Assembly: GCA_964650355.1 (NCBI GenBank)
Contig: CAZYTL010000007.1
Location: 4,455 to 68,454, forward strand
DNA length: 64,000 nt
Origin: an uncultured Gammaproteobacteria bacterium
Lineage (GTDB): Bacteria; Patescibacteriota; Microgenomatia; CAYXHB01; CAZYTL01
Direction: 5' to 3'
The translations under genes and the position numbers were made by a program. Under the pieces are notes generated by a model. It searched no databases. It was given only the letters and a program-made list of their open reading frames with translations, and had not been told where the DNA came from. Positions within the stretch are counted from its first letter, which is position 1; each line of letters begins with the position of its first letter. Below, piece after piece: positions 17,880 through 27,074 of the stretch.

Positions 17880-19095
17880 AAAACACTCTATCAAAAACGT
17901 TCTTCGCTATGGGTTATGGATTGGTCTGTCAGCTTTGGTTTGTTTTTATGCTATTTCGGTATTAACCAGGGCGATGTATCTTTTTGACTTCCGAGTTTAT
18001 TATTCGGCTGCTCAAATTCTGGCCAACGAACCAGAACGGCTTTACGATCTTAATGTGCAAATGCCATATCAATCCCGGCTTTTGCCTGCCCAATATCCGA
18101 TTCCTGAAAATCAGAAATATTTACCTTTTTTAAATCCGCCTCCCTTCTTGTTAATTTTTCTGCCGTTGACGATTTTCTCATTCAGGACAGCATATCTGAT
18201 GTTTGTGACGGGGTTGGTTTTAGTGACGGGAGCAAATATTTTTCTGCTCTATAAATTGAGTCATATCTCCGGACAAAAACTGATCACTATGATCCTGGTC
18301 GCTTTATCGTTTGCGCCTCTGTTTTTGAATTTTGCCCTGGGTCAGAACTCTTTGATCACTTTATGGTTACTGGTATTGGTTTACTACTTTTTAACCAAAG
18401 ATAAATTATTTTTAGCTGGGTTGACGGCCAGCGGATTATTATATGATCCCCATATGGGAATAGTTTTGTTTCTGTATTTGTTTTTTCTGAAATCGAAGAA
18501 GATTTATGGGGGACTGGCTACCGGGGTGCTGGCGTTCCTACTAGTATCCGTAGTCCTTTCCCAAGGCCAGGTGGCAACCATGGGAGCAGATTTGTTTAAT
18601 CTGGGAGCCCGGTATGTGGCTTACCCCCGGTTACAACCAGCCGACAGGATAAGCTGGATGGGATTCTTTACCCAGATGCGGAGGCTAATCACTGGTGTTC
18701 CTGTGCTGGCTTTGACCACAGTGGGGTCAGTGGTAACTGTTATCTGGGCTTTAAGATCGGTTCGCTCTGTATCTATCAGGTCTGATCAGTTTTTCATCGC
18801 GTATAGTATTATCTTGGTGACGACTTTATTATCTGTGTTTCATGTCCACGCTTATGAAGCCGTACTCCTGACGTTTCCTTTATTTATATATTTAGGCAAA
18901 AGTTATTCAAGAAAATTGTTGTGGGCGGTGGCGGTCGGGTGGCTGATCTTTTTCCTTTACGCATTTAGTTTCCTCACCCCTTTCTATCCGCATACTATTC
19001 CTTTCCTGCCCACTCTTTATTTGCTGGGGGTGCTTTATTTAATGATCAGACAGTTGAAAATGGTGACCACTGATCAAATAATGTTAAAAGGTTGA
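17869..19095 (+). CDS. polytopic membrane protein, paralog 2 (GT87/DUF2029-like candidate)
   Basis: Same motif set (AAQIL, LYD, PFLNPPPFLL, SGLLYDPHMG). Overlaps paralog 1 by 11 nt. Confidence 0.5.
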   Translation: MPVKKHSIKNVLRYGLWIGLSALVCFYAISVLTRAMYLFDFRVYYSAAQILANEPERLYDLNVQMPYQSRLLPAQYPIPENQKYLPFLNPPPFLLIFLPLTIFSFRTAYLMFVTGLVLVTGANIFLLYKLSHISGQKLITMILVALSFAPLFLNFALGQNSLITLWLLVLVYYFLTKDKLFLAGLTASGLLYDPHMGIVLFLYLFFLKSKKIYGGLATGVLAFLLVSVVLSQGQVATMGADLFNLGARYVAYPRLQPADRISWMGFFTQMRRLITGVPVLALTTVGSVVTVIWALRSVRSVSIRSDQFFIAYSIILVTTLLSVFHVHAYEAVLLTFPLFIYLGKSYSRKLLWAVAVGWLIFFLYAFSFLTPFYPHTIPFLPTLYLLGVLYLMIRQLKMVTTDQIMLKG

Positions 19096-20288
19096 AGATG
19101 GAAAATTTAATTACTGTTTCCAGACAGAAGTTAGGACCGATATTTTTGCTGGCTGTTTTGGTGTCTGTGGTGATTTTTTATATGGGGAAGATTATTACTC
19201 ATGAGTATTACCGGTCGGATTTTGTGTCTTTTTATTCCTCTGCACAAATTTTAAGAGACAATCCTCAGCAGCTGTATGATTTTGCCACTCAAAAACAATA
19301 CCAGCTGAATTTATTACCAGAGGATTTTCGCCAGCTTCCGGGAAATCATTTTTATCCGTTTATTAATCCCCCGATATTCTTGTTACCCCATTTACCTTTG
19401 CTGGACCTGCCTCCTCAACAGGCATACAGACTGATGATGGCTTCTATTGGGTTGATGATGGCCGGCTGCCTTTGGATTTTGGCAAAATTATTTCCCTTAC
19501 CGAGGAAAAAGTTAGTGCTGCTGGTGTTAGTGATGTTGGCTTATGCGCCGACTTTTACCACCATTTATTTGACCCAAAGCTCTTTTACGTCTCTATTGGT
19601 TTTTGTTGCTACCTACTGGTTATTGATCCGGAAGCAATGGTTCTTATCAGGATTGGCAGCCAGCCTGCTGGTTTACAAGCCGCAACTGGGGATGATTTTG
19701 TATCTGTATTTGCTACTGCAGGCCAACTGGTCTCTGATTTGGGGAATGGTGACGGGCGCGGCATCATGGTTGGTGCTTTCCTGGGTCCTAAGCAAAGGCT
19801 ATTTGTTTAGCCTGGTGTGGTCGTTGCCGGAATTTACCCAACAGATAGGCGCCGGACCCAAGATCAGAATCACCTGGCTGGGGTTTTTCCACCAACTGGC
19901 GGATTTCATTCCCCCACTCCCCTACCAGGCGCTAACTTATGTTTTCAGCGCGGTGACAATTATTTTGGTCCTGAAGGTGACTCATAAAATTAAACTCGAA
20001 TCAAAAAAGTTGCCTTTAGCCTTCAGTCTGATCATTGTGGCGACTTTGCTGGGCTCTATCCATGCTCATTATCAGGAAACAGTGTTGTTGTTCTTTCCCT
20101 TGATGTTTTTTATGCAGAAATTGTCTACCCCAAGGGTTTACTTAATCGCGGCCCTGGGATGGCTGACCTACTTATTGGCGATTTTCAACCCCTGGTTCCC
20201 TCAGCCATTGCTGTTCTTGCCTACTCTGTATTTAGTCTTGATTTTCTATTTGATGGTTAGAAAGTTAAAATTTAGCTTAATAAAATGA
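19092..20288 (+). CDS. polytopic membrane protein, paralog 3 (GT87/DUF2029-like candidate)
   Basis: Same motif set (SAQIL, LYDF, PFINPPIFLLP, LLVYKPQLG). ATGA overlap with paralog 2. Confidence 0.5.
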   Translation: MKMENLITVSRQKLGPIFLLAVLVSVVIFYMGKIITHEYYRSDFVSFYSSAQILRDNPQQLYDFATQKQYQLNLLPEDFRQLPGNHFYPFINPPIFLLPHLPLLDLPPQQAYRLMMASIGLMMAGCLWILAKLFPLPRKKLVLLVLVMLAYAPTFTTIYLTQSSFTSLLVFVATYWLLIRKQWFLSGLAASLLVYKPQLGMILYLYLLLQANWSLIWGMVTGAASWLVLSWVLSKGYLFSLVWSLPEFTQQIGAGPKIRITWLGFFHQLADFIPPLPYQALTYVFSAVTIILVLKVTHKIKLESKKLPLAFSLIIVATLLGSIHAHYQETVLLFFPLMFFMQKLSTPRVYLIAALGWLTYLLAIFNPWFPQPLLFLPTLYLVLIFYLMVRKLKFSLIK

Positions 20289-21394
20289 AGGTCCGGCCTG
20301 TAATCATAGCCTGGATAGCCAGTAAATTAATTTTTATATTAGTGGCTGGAGCGGCAGTGGTTCTTTTTCATTTTAACGCGGATGAAGTATTATTCCGCTG
20401 GGATGCGGTTTGGTATTTAAAAATAGCTGAGCTGGGTTATTTCTCCAAAAATTCCTTGGTGTTTCCCCCCCTGTATCCGTTAGCGGCTGATCTGGTTAAC
20501 GTGGTGTTAAATAATTACCGGTTATCCTTAATGGTGGTGAGTAATGGGGCATCGTTGGTGGCCGCAATATTTGTTTTTAAGTTATTGTCGAAGTGGTTTA
20601 GCCCTCAAAATAGTTTGTCGGCGATTTGGCTGATGCTCTGCTCTCCGATCGGATTCGTGTTTAGTCTCCCTTATAGCGAATCTCTCTTTTGGGCATTAAG
20701 CGTGATCTTTTTTTATTTATTAACTGAGAAAAAATACGGATGGGCGGCCCTGACCATCAATGGTTTATTCCTCACCAGGGTGATTGGTCTTTTGCATTAT
20801 CTTCCGCTCCTGATATTAATCAGAAAAGAAAAGATGAGTCTGGTTAAAAAGTTGTTAATTTTGTTGAGCGGATTACCCGGATTATTAATTTGGCTGTTAT
20901 TCAACTTCTGGCAGTTTGGACATCCGTTAATCTGGTTGATGGAAAGAAGGGATTATTTTTATGGTCTGTCAGTTTTTCCGGTTACTTTGGTTTATCAAAT
21001 TATTTATTTAGTGGCCATCAGTCCTAAATGGCAGCTAAATTCCGGGGGGATGACTAACTGGCTGTTATCAACCTTTCCTTACTGGTTAGATATGGGGTTA
21101 GTCGGAGGATTGGTGTGGCTGATGGTGAAAAATCTCAAACAGTTACCCAAAATTTTTTTGTATTATGTTGTGGTTTATGTGTTTATAGTTACCGGTTATG
21201 CCCGTTATTCTGCAGAGAGACTATTAACGATTCCTCCGCCGGCGTTGGGCTTCACCCGTTATTTAATGGTTTGTTTCCCGATTTTTGTTTTGGTGGTAAG
21301 GAAAATTAAAAATTTGGATAAGGTCATTTGGGCCAGTATTTTTTTGCAAGCGATTTATTTGTCCTATTATGTGTTTGGATTATATGTGCCTTAG
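20285..21394 (+). CDS. GT-C membrane glycosyltransferase, PIG-V-like mannosyltransferase family
   Basis: RWDAVWYLKIAELGY....FPPLYPL resembles the PIG-V/GPI-mannosyltransferase-2 signature. Embedded between the paralogs. Confidence 0.45.
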   Translation: MKVRPVIIAWIASKLIFILVAGAAVVLFHFNADEVLFRWDAVWYLKIAELGYFSKNSLVFPPLYPLAADLVNVVLNNYRLSLMVVSNGASLVAAIFVFKLLSKWFSPQNSLSAIWLMLCSPIGFVFSLPYSESLFWALSVIFFYLLTEKKYGWAALTINGLFLTRVIGLLHYLPLLILIRKEKMSLVKKLLILLSGLPGLLIWLLFNFWQFGHPLIWLMERRDYFYGLSVFPVTLVYQIIYLVAISPKWQLNSGGMTNWLLSTFPYWLDMGLVGGLVWLMVKNLKQLPKIFLYYVVVYVFIVTGYARYSAERLLTIPPPALGFTRYLMVCFPIFVLVVRKIKNLDKVIWASIFLQAIYLSYYVFGLYVP

Positions 21395-21404
21395 TCAGTT
21401 TTAG

Positions 21405-22640
21405 TTGCGCGACATGAAAGACCACTTCAGAAAGGTGACTGAGATCTATCATCATCAAGCGGTGAAGTTAATTATCAAATTGGTGTTCTATGTTTATCTG
21501 ATGGCGATAAGTATTTACTGGATGGCAAGATTCTTGCAACAGCCGTTAGCCTACACGGACTTGCGCTCTCTTTATCCCGCGGCCCAAATTCTGCAGACTC
21601 AGCCTCAAAATCTGTACGAGATCGGGACTCAGTATGACTATGAGCAGAGGTTAGTTCCTGAGGAGGTGAGACCGGCTGAGGATCAATTGGTGATGATGCC
21701 TTACCCGCCAATGATTTTGTTGTTGTTTGCTCCTTTTACCTCCTGGTCGTTTTCCACAGCCTTTTTAATAACCGGGTTATTAAATACGGTCATTTTATTG
21801 CTGGACATTTATTTACTCAACAGATTATTAAAACCCCGGGTCAATAAAATGCTTTTGCTGTTGATGGTGTTGTCGTTTGCGCCCATTTATGCGGTGTTGA
21901 CTGCCAGTCAGACAACTTTTCTGGTATTGCTGATTTTCCTGCTGATTTATGGTTTGCTGACTCGCCAAAAATGGTTCTTGAGCGGACTGGCAACGAGTCT
22001 GTTATTAATTAAGCCCCAGTTTGCTTTGTTTATCGGTCTGTATTTAGTGGCCCTGCGCAAAAAGGAAATCATAGCCGGGCTGTTGCTGGGAGGAGGGTTT
22101 TTTATGTTGGCGGGTCGATTATTAACTCCGGCGTTTCCCAGAGAGATGCTCAGGCTGTGGAGCAACTATGTGGGAGATCAGGCGGTTAATTGGACCACCA
22201 GAATTAGCTGGGCGGGTTTTTTCACTCAAGTGAAGAATTTATGGCCGGGATTCCATGACACGCTGTGGACAATTCCGGCCAGTTGGTTGACGATGTTGAT
22301 CTCTTTATGGGCTTTGTTGTCCGTGAAGATCAAGCGGCGGTCTCTGCCCCAGATTATGAACGTGATCCTGGTGACTACCTTATTAACCGGAGTGCATATT
22401 CACAGCTATGAGAGCGGATTGATGCTTTTTCCGGCCTGTTATTTCCTGAGTCGGAAGAGGCTGGACTATGTTCATTATCTGCTTTTGTTTCTGGGATGGA
22501 TTATTTTTAACCTGGCAGTGGTGTCGGTCAATCATCAACCCCCGGTTTATTTTTTACCGACTTTGTTTTTAGTCTTCGTTTTGGGGTTACTAATCAAATG
22601 TTTGAATCCGAAGCAAAAAGTGGTTCCCGGTCACTCCTGA
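21405..22640 (+). CDS. polytopic membrane protein, paralog 4 (GT87/DUF2029-like candidate)
   Basis: Motifs AAQIL, LYE, MPYPPMILLLFAP and LLLIKPQFALFIGLYL. The true start is probably the ATG at 21414 (the ORF track uses a TTG). Confidence 0.5.
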   Translation: MRDMKDHFRKVTEIYHHQAVKLIIKLVFYVYLMAISIYWMARFLQQPLAYTDLRSLYPAAQILQTQPQNLYEIGTQYDYEQRLVPEEVRPAEDQLVMMPYPPMILLLFAPFTSWSFSTAFLITGLLNTVILLLDIYLLNRLLKPRVNKMLLLLMVLSFAPIYAVLTASQTTFLVLLIFLLIYGLLTRQKWFLSGLATSLLLIKPQFALFIGLYLVALRKKEIIAGLLLGGGFFMLAGRLLTPAFPREMLRLWSNYVGDQAVNWTTRISWAGFFTQVKNLWPGFHDTLWTIPASWLTMLISLWALLSVKIKRRSLPQIMNVILVTTLLTGVHIHSYESGLMLFPACYFLSRKRLDYVHYLLLFLGWIIFNLAVVSVNHQPPVYFLPTLFLVFVLGLLIKCLNPKQKVVPGHS

Positions 22641-24141
22641 CAAAGATAACCGCCACCTGGTCTTCGTAAACCAGCTTCCATTCTGGCATGGTGGTCAGCA
22701 TTTGCACTAGAGGATGGTAAGGAGCCAACAAGATAGTGTCGAATTGATAGTGGTTTAAAAGTTGTTGCCAACCAGGAAGCAGGTTGACCATGGTTAAATA
22801 CTGCTTGGCAAAAGATTCGTGGTTAATGATGAAGTTGTCCATCCTACCGTCAATAAAGGTTTTCATCTCAGGGATGTGCCAAACCAAGTATCCTCCCCAG
22901 TTAAAGTCATTGAAGATCCGTTGAGGAAGAGGATGGTGTTTGAGGAATTCTACTGCTTCGTAAGGGTAATAAACTTTGGTACTTAAATGGCGAATCTGCA
23001 GGGCATAGGTCTGATCATTCTGATAGGCCGTAGCCACCCTGGGAATCCAGATTAAAGCAGGGGTAATAGCCACTAACACAATCAACGGATAAATTAATTT
23101 GTTGATTGGCCAGAGTTTGGTTAGTAGTTGACCTAGGTCGGTGACGAGCTGATTAACAATCACGGAAAATGAAGGGATGAGAACTACTAATAAAGGCACC
23201 ACAAAGCGGCGGTTTTTCAAACTCAAGAGGAAAAAGATCATGATTAGAAGTTTGTCTCTCAAATCCAGTCGGGTTTTAACGATCAACAGTAAAAATATGG
23301 CCATCAGCACCAGGGCAGTGTAGATAAAAGTTTCGGGAGCGTCAGGGCGAATGATCGGATACCAATCGGAATTAAAAGATAAGGCAAACTGATTGGTGCC
23401 CATCTCTAGGGCCTGTTCATAAGCCCGATAATGATAAGGACTTATTAATGACGCCAAGTAGCAAACCCCGACTATGGATGCGAAACTGAGAAGTGGGCGC
23501 GGTTTAAGACAATCGATGGTACCCCAGACCTGAATCGGTTTTACTGCCTGGTAAATGATTTTACCTAACTCGATAATTAAAATTAGGGTGTAAAAAGCTA
23601 ATCCTAAGATGAATCCCCCGTGAAGATTGACCCAGAAGATGAAGATGATGGGGGTGATGAATAACCAGCGGCTGCGATGCGATAACCAATGTAGGTAGAG
23701 AAAGTAAATCAAGCTCAGACCCAGAAATGAGATAAGTTGAATCCTTAAATTGGAAGCGTCAAGAATCAGGGGAATAATGAGTAGCAGATACCAAAAAGCG
23801 CTTGATTGTCGAGTCGAATGCAGGTTAATGGTTTTGAACATCAACAGAAGGATTAAAGCTCCGATGATAGCATAAAAGATGGTCACTCCCCAAAGGCCTG
23901 CCCAGGAGTAGGTTAAGTACAGCCAGGTTTCGGATAACCATGAATGATAGACGTAGGGATAGTCAGGAGCACTAAAGGTAAAAATGTCGGTGGGGGGAAT
24001 CATGTGGTTGTCCCAGATATACCTGCCCACCATGATGTGCCATCCGAAATCGGTATCAAACAATACACGGAGGAACAAGACAGTGGCCAGAACAAAGAAT
24101 ATCAGGATGGGGACACGAGACTTGGTTTGTATATGATTCAT
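22594..24141 (-). CDS. large polytopic GT-C-like membrane protein (possible lipid-linked glycosyltransferase)
   Basis: 515 aa with about 13 TM helices. N-terminal DTDFGWHIMVGRYIW loop motif. Its 3' end overlaps the 3' end of paralog 4 by 47 nt (convergent). Confidence 0.45.
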   Translation of the reverse strand: MNHIQTKSRVPILIFFVLATVLFLRVLFDTDFGWHIMVGRYIWDNHMIPPTDIFTFSAPDYPYVYHSWLSETWLYLTYSWAGLWGVTIFYAIIGALILLLMFKTINLHSTRQSSAFWYLLLIIPLILDASNLRIQLISFLGLSLIYFLYLHWLSHRSRWLFITPIIFIFWVNLHGGFILGLAFYTLILIIELGKIIYQAVKPIQVWGTIDCLKPRPLLSFASIVGVCYLASLISPYHYRAYEQALEMGTNQFALSFNSDWYPIIRPDAPETFIYTALVLMAIFLLLIVKTRLDLRDKLLIMIFFLLSLKNRRFVVPLLVVLIPSFSVIVNQLVTDLGQLLTKLWPINKLIYPLIVLVAITPALIWIPRVATAYQNDQTYALQIRHLSTKVYYPYEAVEFLKHHPLPQRIFNDFNWGGYLVWHIPEMKTFIDGRMDNFIINHESFAKQYLTMVNLLPGWQQLLNHYQFDTILLAPYHPLVQMLTTMPEWKLVYEDQVAVIFVRSDREPLFASDSNI

Positions 24142-24159
24142 GATCCGATAGATGTCTGG

Positions 24160-25077
24160 TTATGGCTGGGAAGGCTTTCCAAAGTTGATGAGTTTAGATA
24201 ATAATTGTTTTTGGGCGGGAACTTTAGTCACGATCATAAAGGCAAGAAAAGCCACCAAATAGCCTGCCAAAATATCAACCACGTAATGATGACCCAAATA
24301 CACTGCGGCAAAGCCAATACTCAAAGGGAAAAGTATTATTGGCCAGGCTTTTTTGCCCCAGATATGAATCATAAACAGTGCCATGTAAGCAGGATAAGCA
24401 GCGTGCAAAGAAGGAATCGCAGCCACCGGATCCGGACTGGAGAGGAGAAAGTTTACGGACATGTTTGAATAATTGGCCACCGTCAGATTTCCAACTAAGT
24501 AGTTGAAATGGGTAGCCCACCAGGGGGGAGCGGCCGGATAGAGAGTCCAACCCAGAAAACTGACATAGTTGGTGATGATAAACCCGATGACAAACCGCCA
24601 GTAAGCAACCCGGTAAAAATTCCAAAGAAATAGAACTACGAAAAAGGGGATTATAAAGTGAGAGATATACAGCACGTTGCTAATCTGCCTGACGATATGG
24701 CCCCAAAACATATTAGGATTCAGCCACTGCTGTAGCCAGACGGCCGGAAGATGACCAAGAAACAGTGTGCGTTCCCAATGAATTAATTCTGTGACATGAA
24801 TCTGACTGGGATCCAGATCGGTGAAGGGACGGCGGAAAATAACATAAGTATAGATTAGAAGAAAAAACGGTAAGAAGGCTTTGACAAACATGCGTCCTTG
24901 TTTGTGCCAAACTGTGGCGACAACCAGAAATACTCCAATCGTGTCCCAACCCTGGGGGACCCGTTTGAGTCTCATAAAGATCAGTAATAACAAAAAACTA
25001 ACAAACTGAATGGTAAAGACTAATTTATCTTCTGATTGCAGAAAACTTTTGGCTTGAGAGAGAAAGCGACTGATCAT
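24160..25077 (-). CDS. PAP2-superfamily membrane phosphatase
   Basis: All three PAP2 motifs are present: KxxxxxxRP (FRRPF), PSLH (PSLHAAY) and SRxxxxxHxxxD-like (GHHYVVDILAGY). Confidence 0.7.
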   Translation of the reverse strand: MISRFLSQAKSFLQSEDKLVFTIQFVSFLLLLIFMRLKRVPQGWDTIGVFLVVATVWHKQGRMFVKAFLPFFLLIYTYVIFRRPFTDLDPSQIHVTELIHWERTLFLGHLPAVWLQQWLNPNMFWGHIVRQISNVLYISHFIIPFFVVLFLWNFYRVAYWRFVIGFIITNYVSFLGWTLYPAAPPWWATHFNYLVGNLTVANYSNMSVNFLLSSPDPVAAIPSLHAAYPAYMALFMIHIWGKKAWPIILFPLSIGFAAVYLGHHYVVDILAGYLVAFLAFMIVTKVPAQKQLLSKLINFGKPSQP

Positions 25078-25255
25078 GGTTTAAAAAGCCTTGTCACAAA
25101 CGGATCCGTAAGTGACAGGGGTTACTTTAATATTACGACTGTTGACATTAAGTCTTCCATGCTATAGTGAAATTACCTATTGCTATTTTCTATCTACTTA
25201 TACTATGTTAAAAATAAGATGCATTCAATAAGGCAGAAGGGAGGTGAAACCATAA

Positions 25256-25651
25256 ATGAGGAAAATTAATTACCTAATTGCTACGAGTTCGAGTTTAGTT
25301 ACCGCAGCACTTATGGCTTCACCGGTTTTTGCTCAAGACAGCGGCTTGTCGATTCCCACGTCCGCTGTGGCAGCCTTCAGTATTACTAGTGTAGGTGAGT
25401 TTGTCGGCGCTGTATTGTCATTAATCTTCCTAGTTGCAGGTATTGCTGTATTTGCTTACCTGGTGTTAGGTGGTATTCAATGGATTACCTCAGGTGGAGA
25501 TAAAGGTAAAACTCAGGAAGCCAGAGACAGGATCACGGCTGCTTTAGTAGGTCTAGCGATTATTGCTGTGGCTTGGGCTCTGACTATCTTAGCCCAGACC
25601 TTCTTCGGCATTAATATTACGAGTATCTCTCTACCTCGGCCATACACGTAA
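25256..25651 (+). CDS. small secreted 2-TM protein, paralog A (pilin-like; possible TrbC/VirB2-type)
   Basis: Signal peptide (AAL MASPVFAQD), then a TM, GGIQWITSGGDKGKTQEARDRI, then a second TM. Strong SD (GGGAGGTGA) and a TTGACA/TATAGT promoter. Confidence 0.4.
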   Translation: MRKINYLIATSSSLVTAALMASPVFAQDSGLSIPTSAVAAFSITSVGEFVGAVLSLIFLVAGIAVFAYLVLGGIQWITSGGDKGKTQEARDRITAALVGLAIIAVAWALTILAQTFFGINITSISLPRPYT

Positions 25652-25669
25652 AATGAATGTCGAGGTCCA

Positions 25670-25700
25670 TAGTTAAAAACCTCGCCCGAGCGAGGTTTTT
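25670..25700. terminator. bidirectional intrinsic terminator AAAAACCTCGC-CCGA-GCGAGGTTTTT
   Basis: A perfect 7-bp GC stem flanked by an A5 tract on one side and a T5 tract on the other. Confidence 0.6.
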
Positions 25701-25783
25701 AGTGGTCACAGATACTTACATGCTTTAATATTGACAAGGATATAGGCGAATCCCTAAAGTTATAGATATGGGAGGTATGAGGT

Positions 25784-26095
25784 ATGTTTAATTTTCCCCG
25801 GCCGGAGGAGTTCCGCATCAGCAGTGTGGGCGAGTTTGTGGGCGCTGTGGGGGGATTGCTATTTATTGGCGGATTGTTGGTGTTTATGATTTTGTTATTG
25901 CTGGGAGGTGTGGTGTGGATGACTTCAGGCGGAGACAAGGCCAAGGTTCAGGAAGGTCGAGAAAGGATCATGCGCGCTTTAATTGGGTTGAGTATTTTGT
26001 CGTTAGCAGCGGCAGTGATTATTCTATTACAAGCGTTTTTGGGGATTAAAATTATCGGCAGTAATCTACCTATACCCCGGGGATTTGTGGAGTAA
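25784..26095 (+). CDS. small 2-TM protein, paralog B of 25256 (lacks the signal peptide)
   Basis: SVGEFVGAV...GGVVWMTSGGDKAKVQEGRERI is colinear with paralog A. Confidence 0.4.
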   Translation: MFNFPRPEEFRISSVGEFVGAVGGLLFIGGLLVFMILLLLGGVVWMTSGGDKAKVQEGRERIMRALIGLSILSLAAAVIILLQAFLGIKIIGSNLPIPRGFVE

Positions 26096-26143
26096 ACAGC
26101 ATCTTTGAGTTAATAAAGCCTGACTGGGTGAAGAAATCGGAAC

Positions 26144-27028
26144 TTACGCACTTCGTCTTCGTTTATTTACTAGACCCGCCCATAAGTTGAGGATGGGTAC
26201 GGCCACAAAAGGAGAAGAGTAGGTACCGGCAATGGTCCCGATTAGTAATGCGACCACAAACCAGCGAATGACAGGCCCTCCGAGTAAGAGCAGGGCCGTC
26301 AACATGAAGATAATGGTCAGGGAGTTATTTAATGATCTGCCCATGGTTTCTGTAAGGGCTTTATTTGATAATTCGGTAATAGAGACGCTGGGATATTGTT
26401 TCAGTGACTCCCGAATGCGGTCATAAACCACCACTGTATCATGAACAGAAAAGGATAAGGTGGTTAAAACAGCGGTTACAAACAAGGTGTCGACCTCCAC
26501 TCCTCCAAAATGTCCTAAGACGGCGAAACTACCTAGCAAGATAAGTGAGTCGTGAAACATGGCTAAGATGGCTGATACCCCGTACTGTAAATTTTTAAAT
26601 GTCCAGGCCACATAGGCCATAATAAAACTGGCGGTAATTATCACCGCTACCAGGGTTTTAATGATTAATTCTCTCCCCAACGTGGGGCCGATGGATTCGA
26701 ATCTTTGTTCCTTAACGTCCTGATTGAATTTTTGATTGAGCACTTGAGTAATTTGTTGGGCTTGTTCTTGGCTGATCGGTTCAGTACGGACTATCAGATG
26801 TTGCCCTTCGGCAGTTTGCAGTCCGGCAATTTGCCAACTCAGATTCTCGGTCAGGACTTGACGGATTTCTCCTAACTGGGGTAGTTGGGAAAATTGATAC
26901 TCGATCAGAGATCCGCCGGTAAAATCAATTGATGGCTGCAGGCCCCAGACGATCAGGGCTACAATACTACCTAAGACTAAAGTCCCGGAGAGGGTCAAAT
27001 AAATGAATTTGTATTTAAGGAAATCCAT
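26144..27028 (-). CDS. secF: protein translocase subunit SecF
   Basis: IDFTGGS motif and a 6-TM SecF architecture. Downstream of secD. Confidence 0.85.
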   Translation of the reverse strand: MDFLKYKFIYLTLSGTLVLGSIVALIVWGLQPSIDFTGGSLIEYQFSQLPQLGEIRQVLTENLSWQIAGLQTAEGQHLIVRTEPISQEQAQQITQVLNQKFNQDVKEQRFESIGPTLGRELIIKTLVAVIITASFIMAYVAWTFKNLQYGVSAILAMFHDSLILLGSFAVLGHFGGVEVDTLFVTAVLTTLSFSVHDTVVVYDRIRESLKQYPSVSITELSNKALTETMGRSLNNSLTIIFMLTALLLLGGPVIRWFVVALLIGTIAGTYSSPFVAVPILNLWAGLVNKRRRSA

Positions 27029-27074
27029 AAAGAATCAATAAAATAAATATCTTCATTTTTATGTTTTGGGGCTT

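Noticed and set aside
24205-24949. Several 78-116 aa ORFs on both strands within the PAP2 gene
   Set aside because: Shadow ORFs, since the PAP2 frame has all three catalytic motifs.
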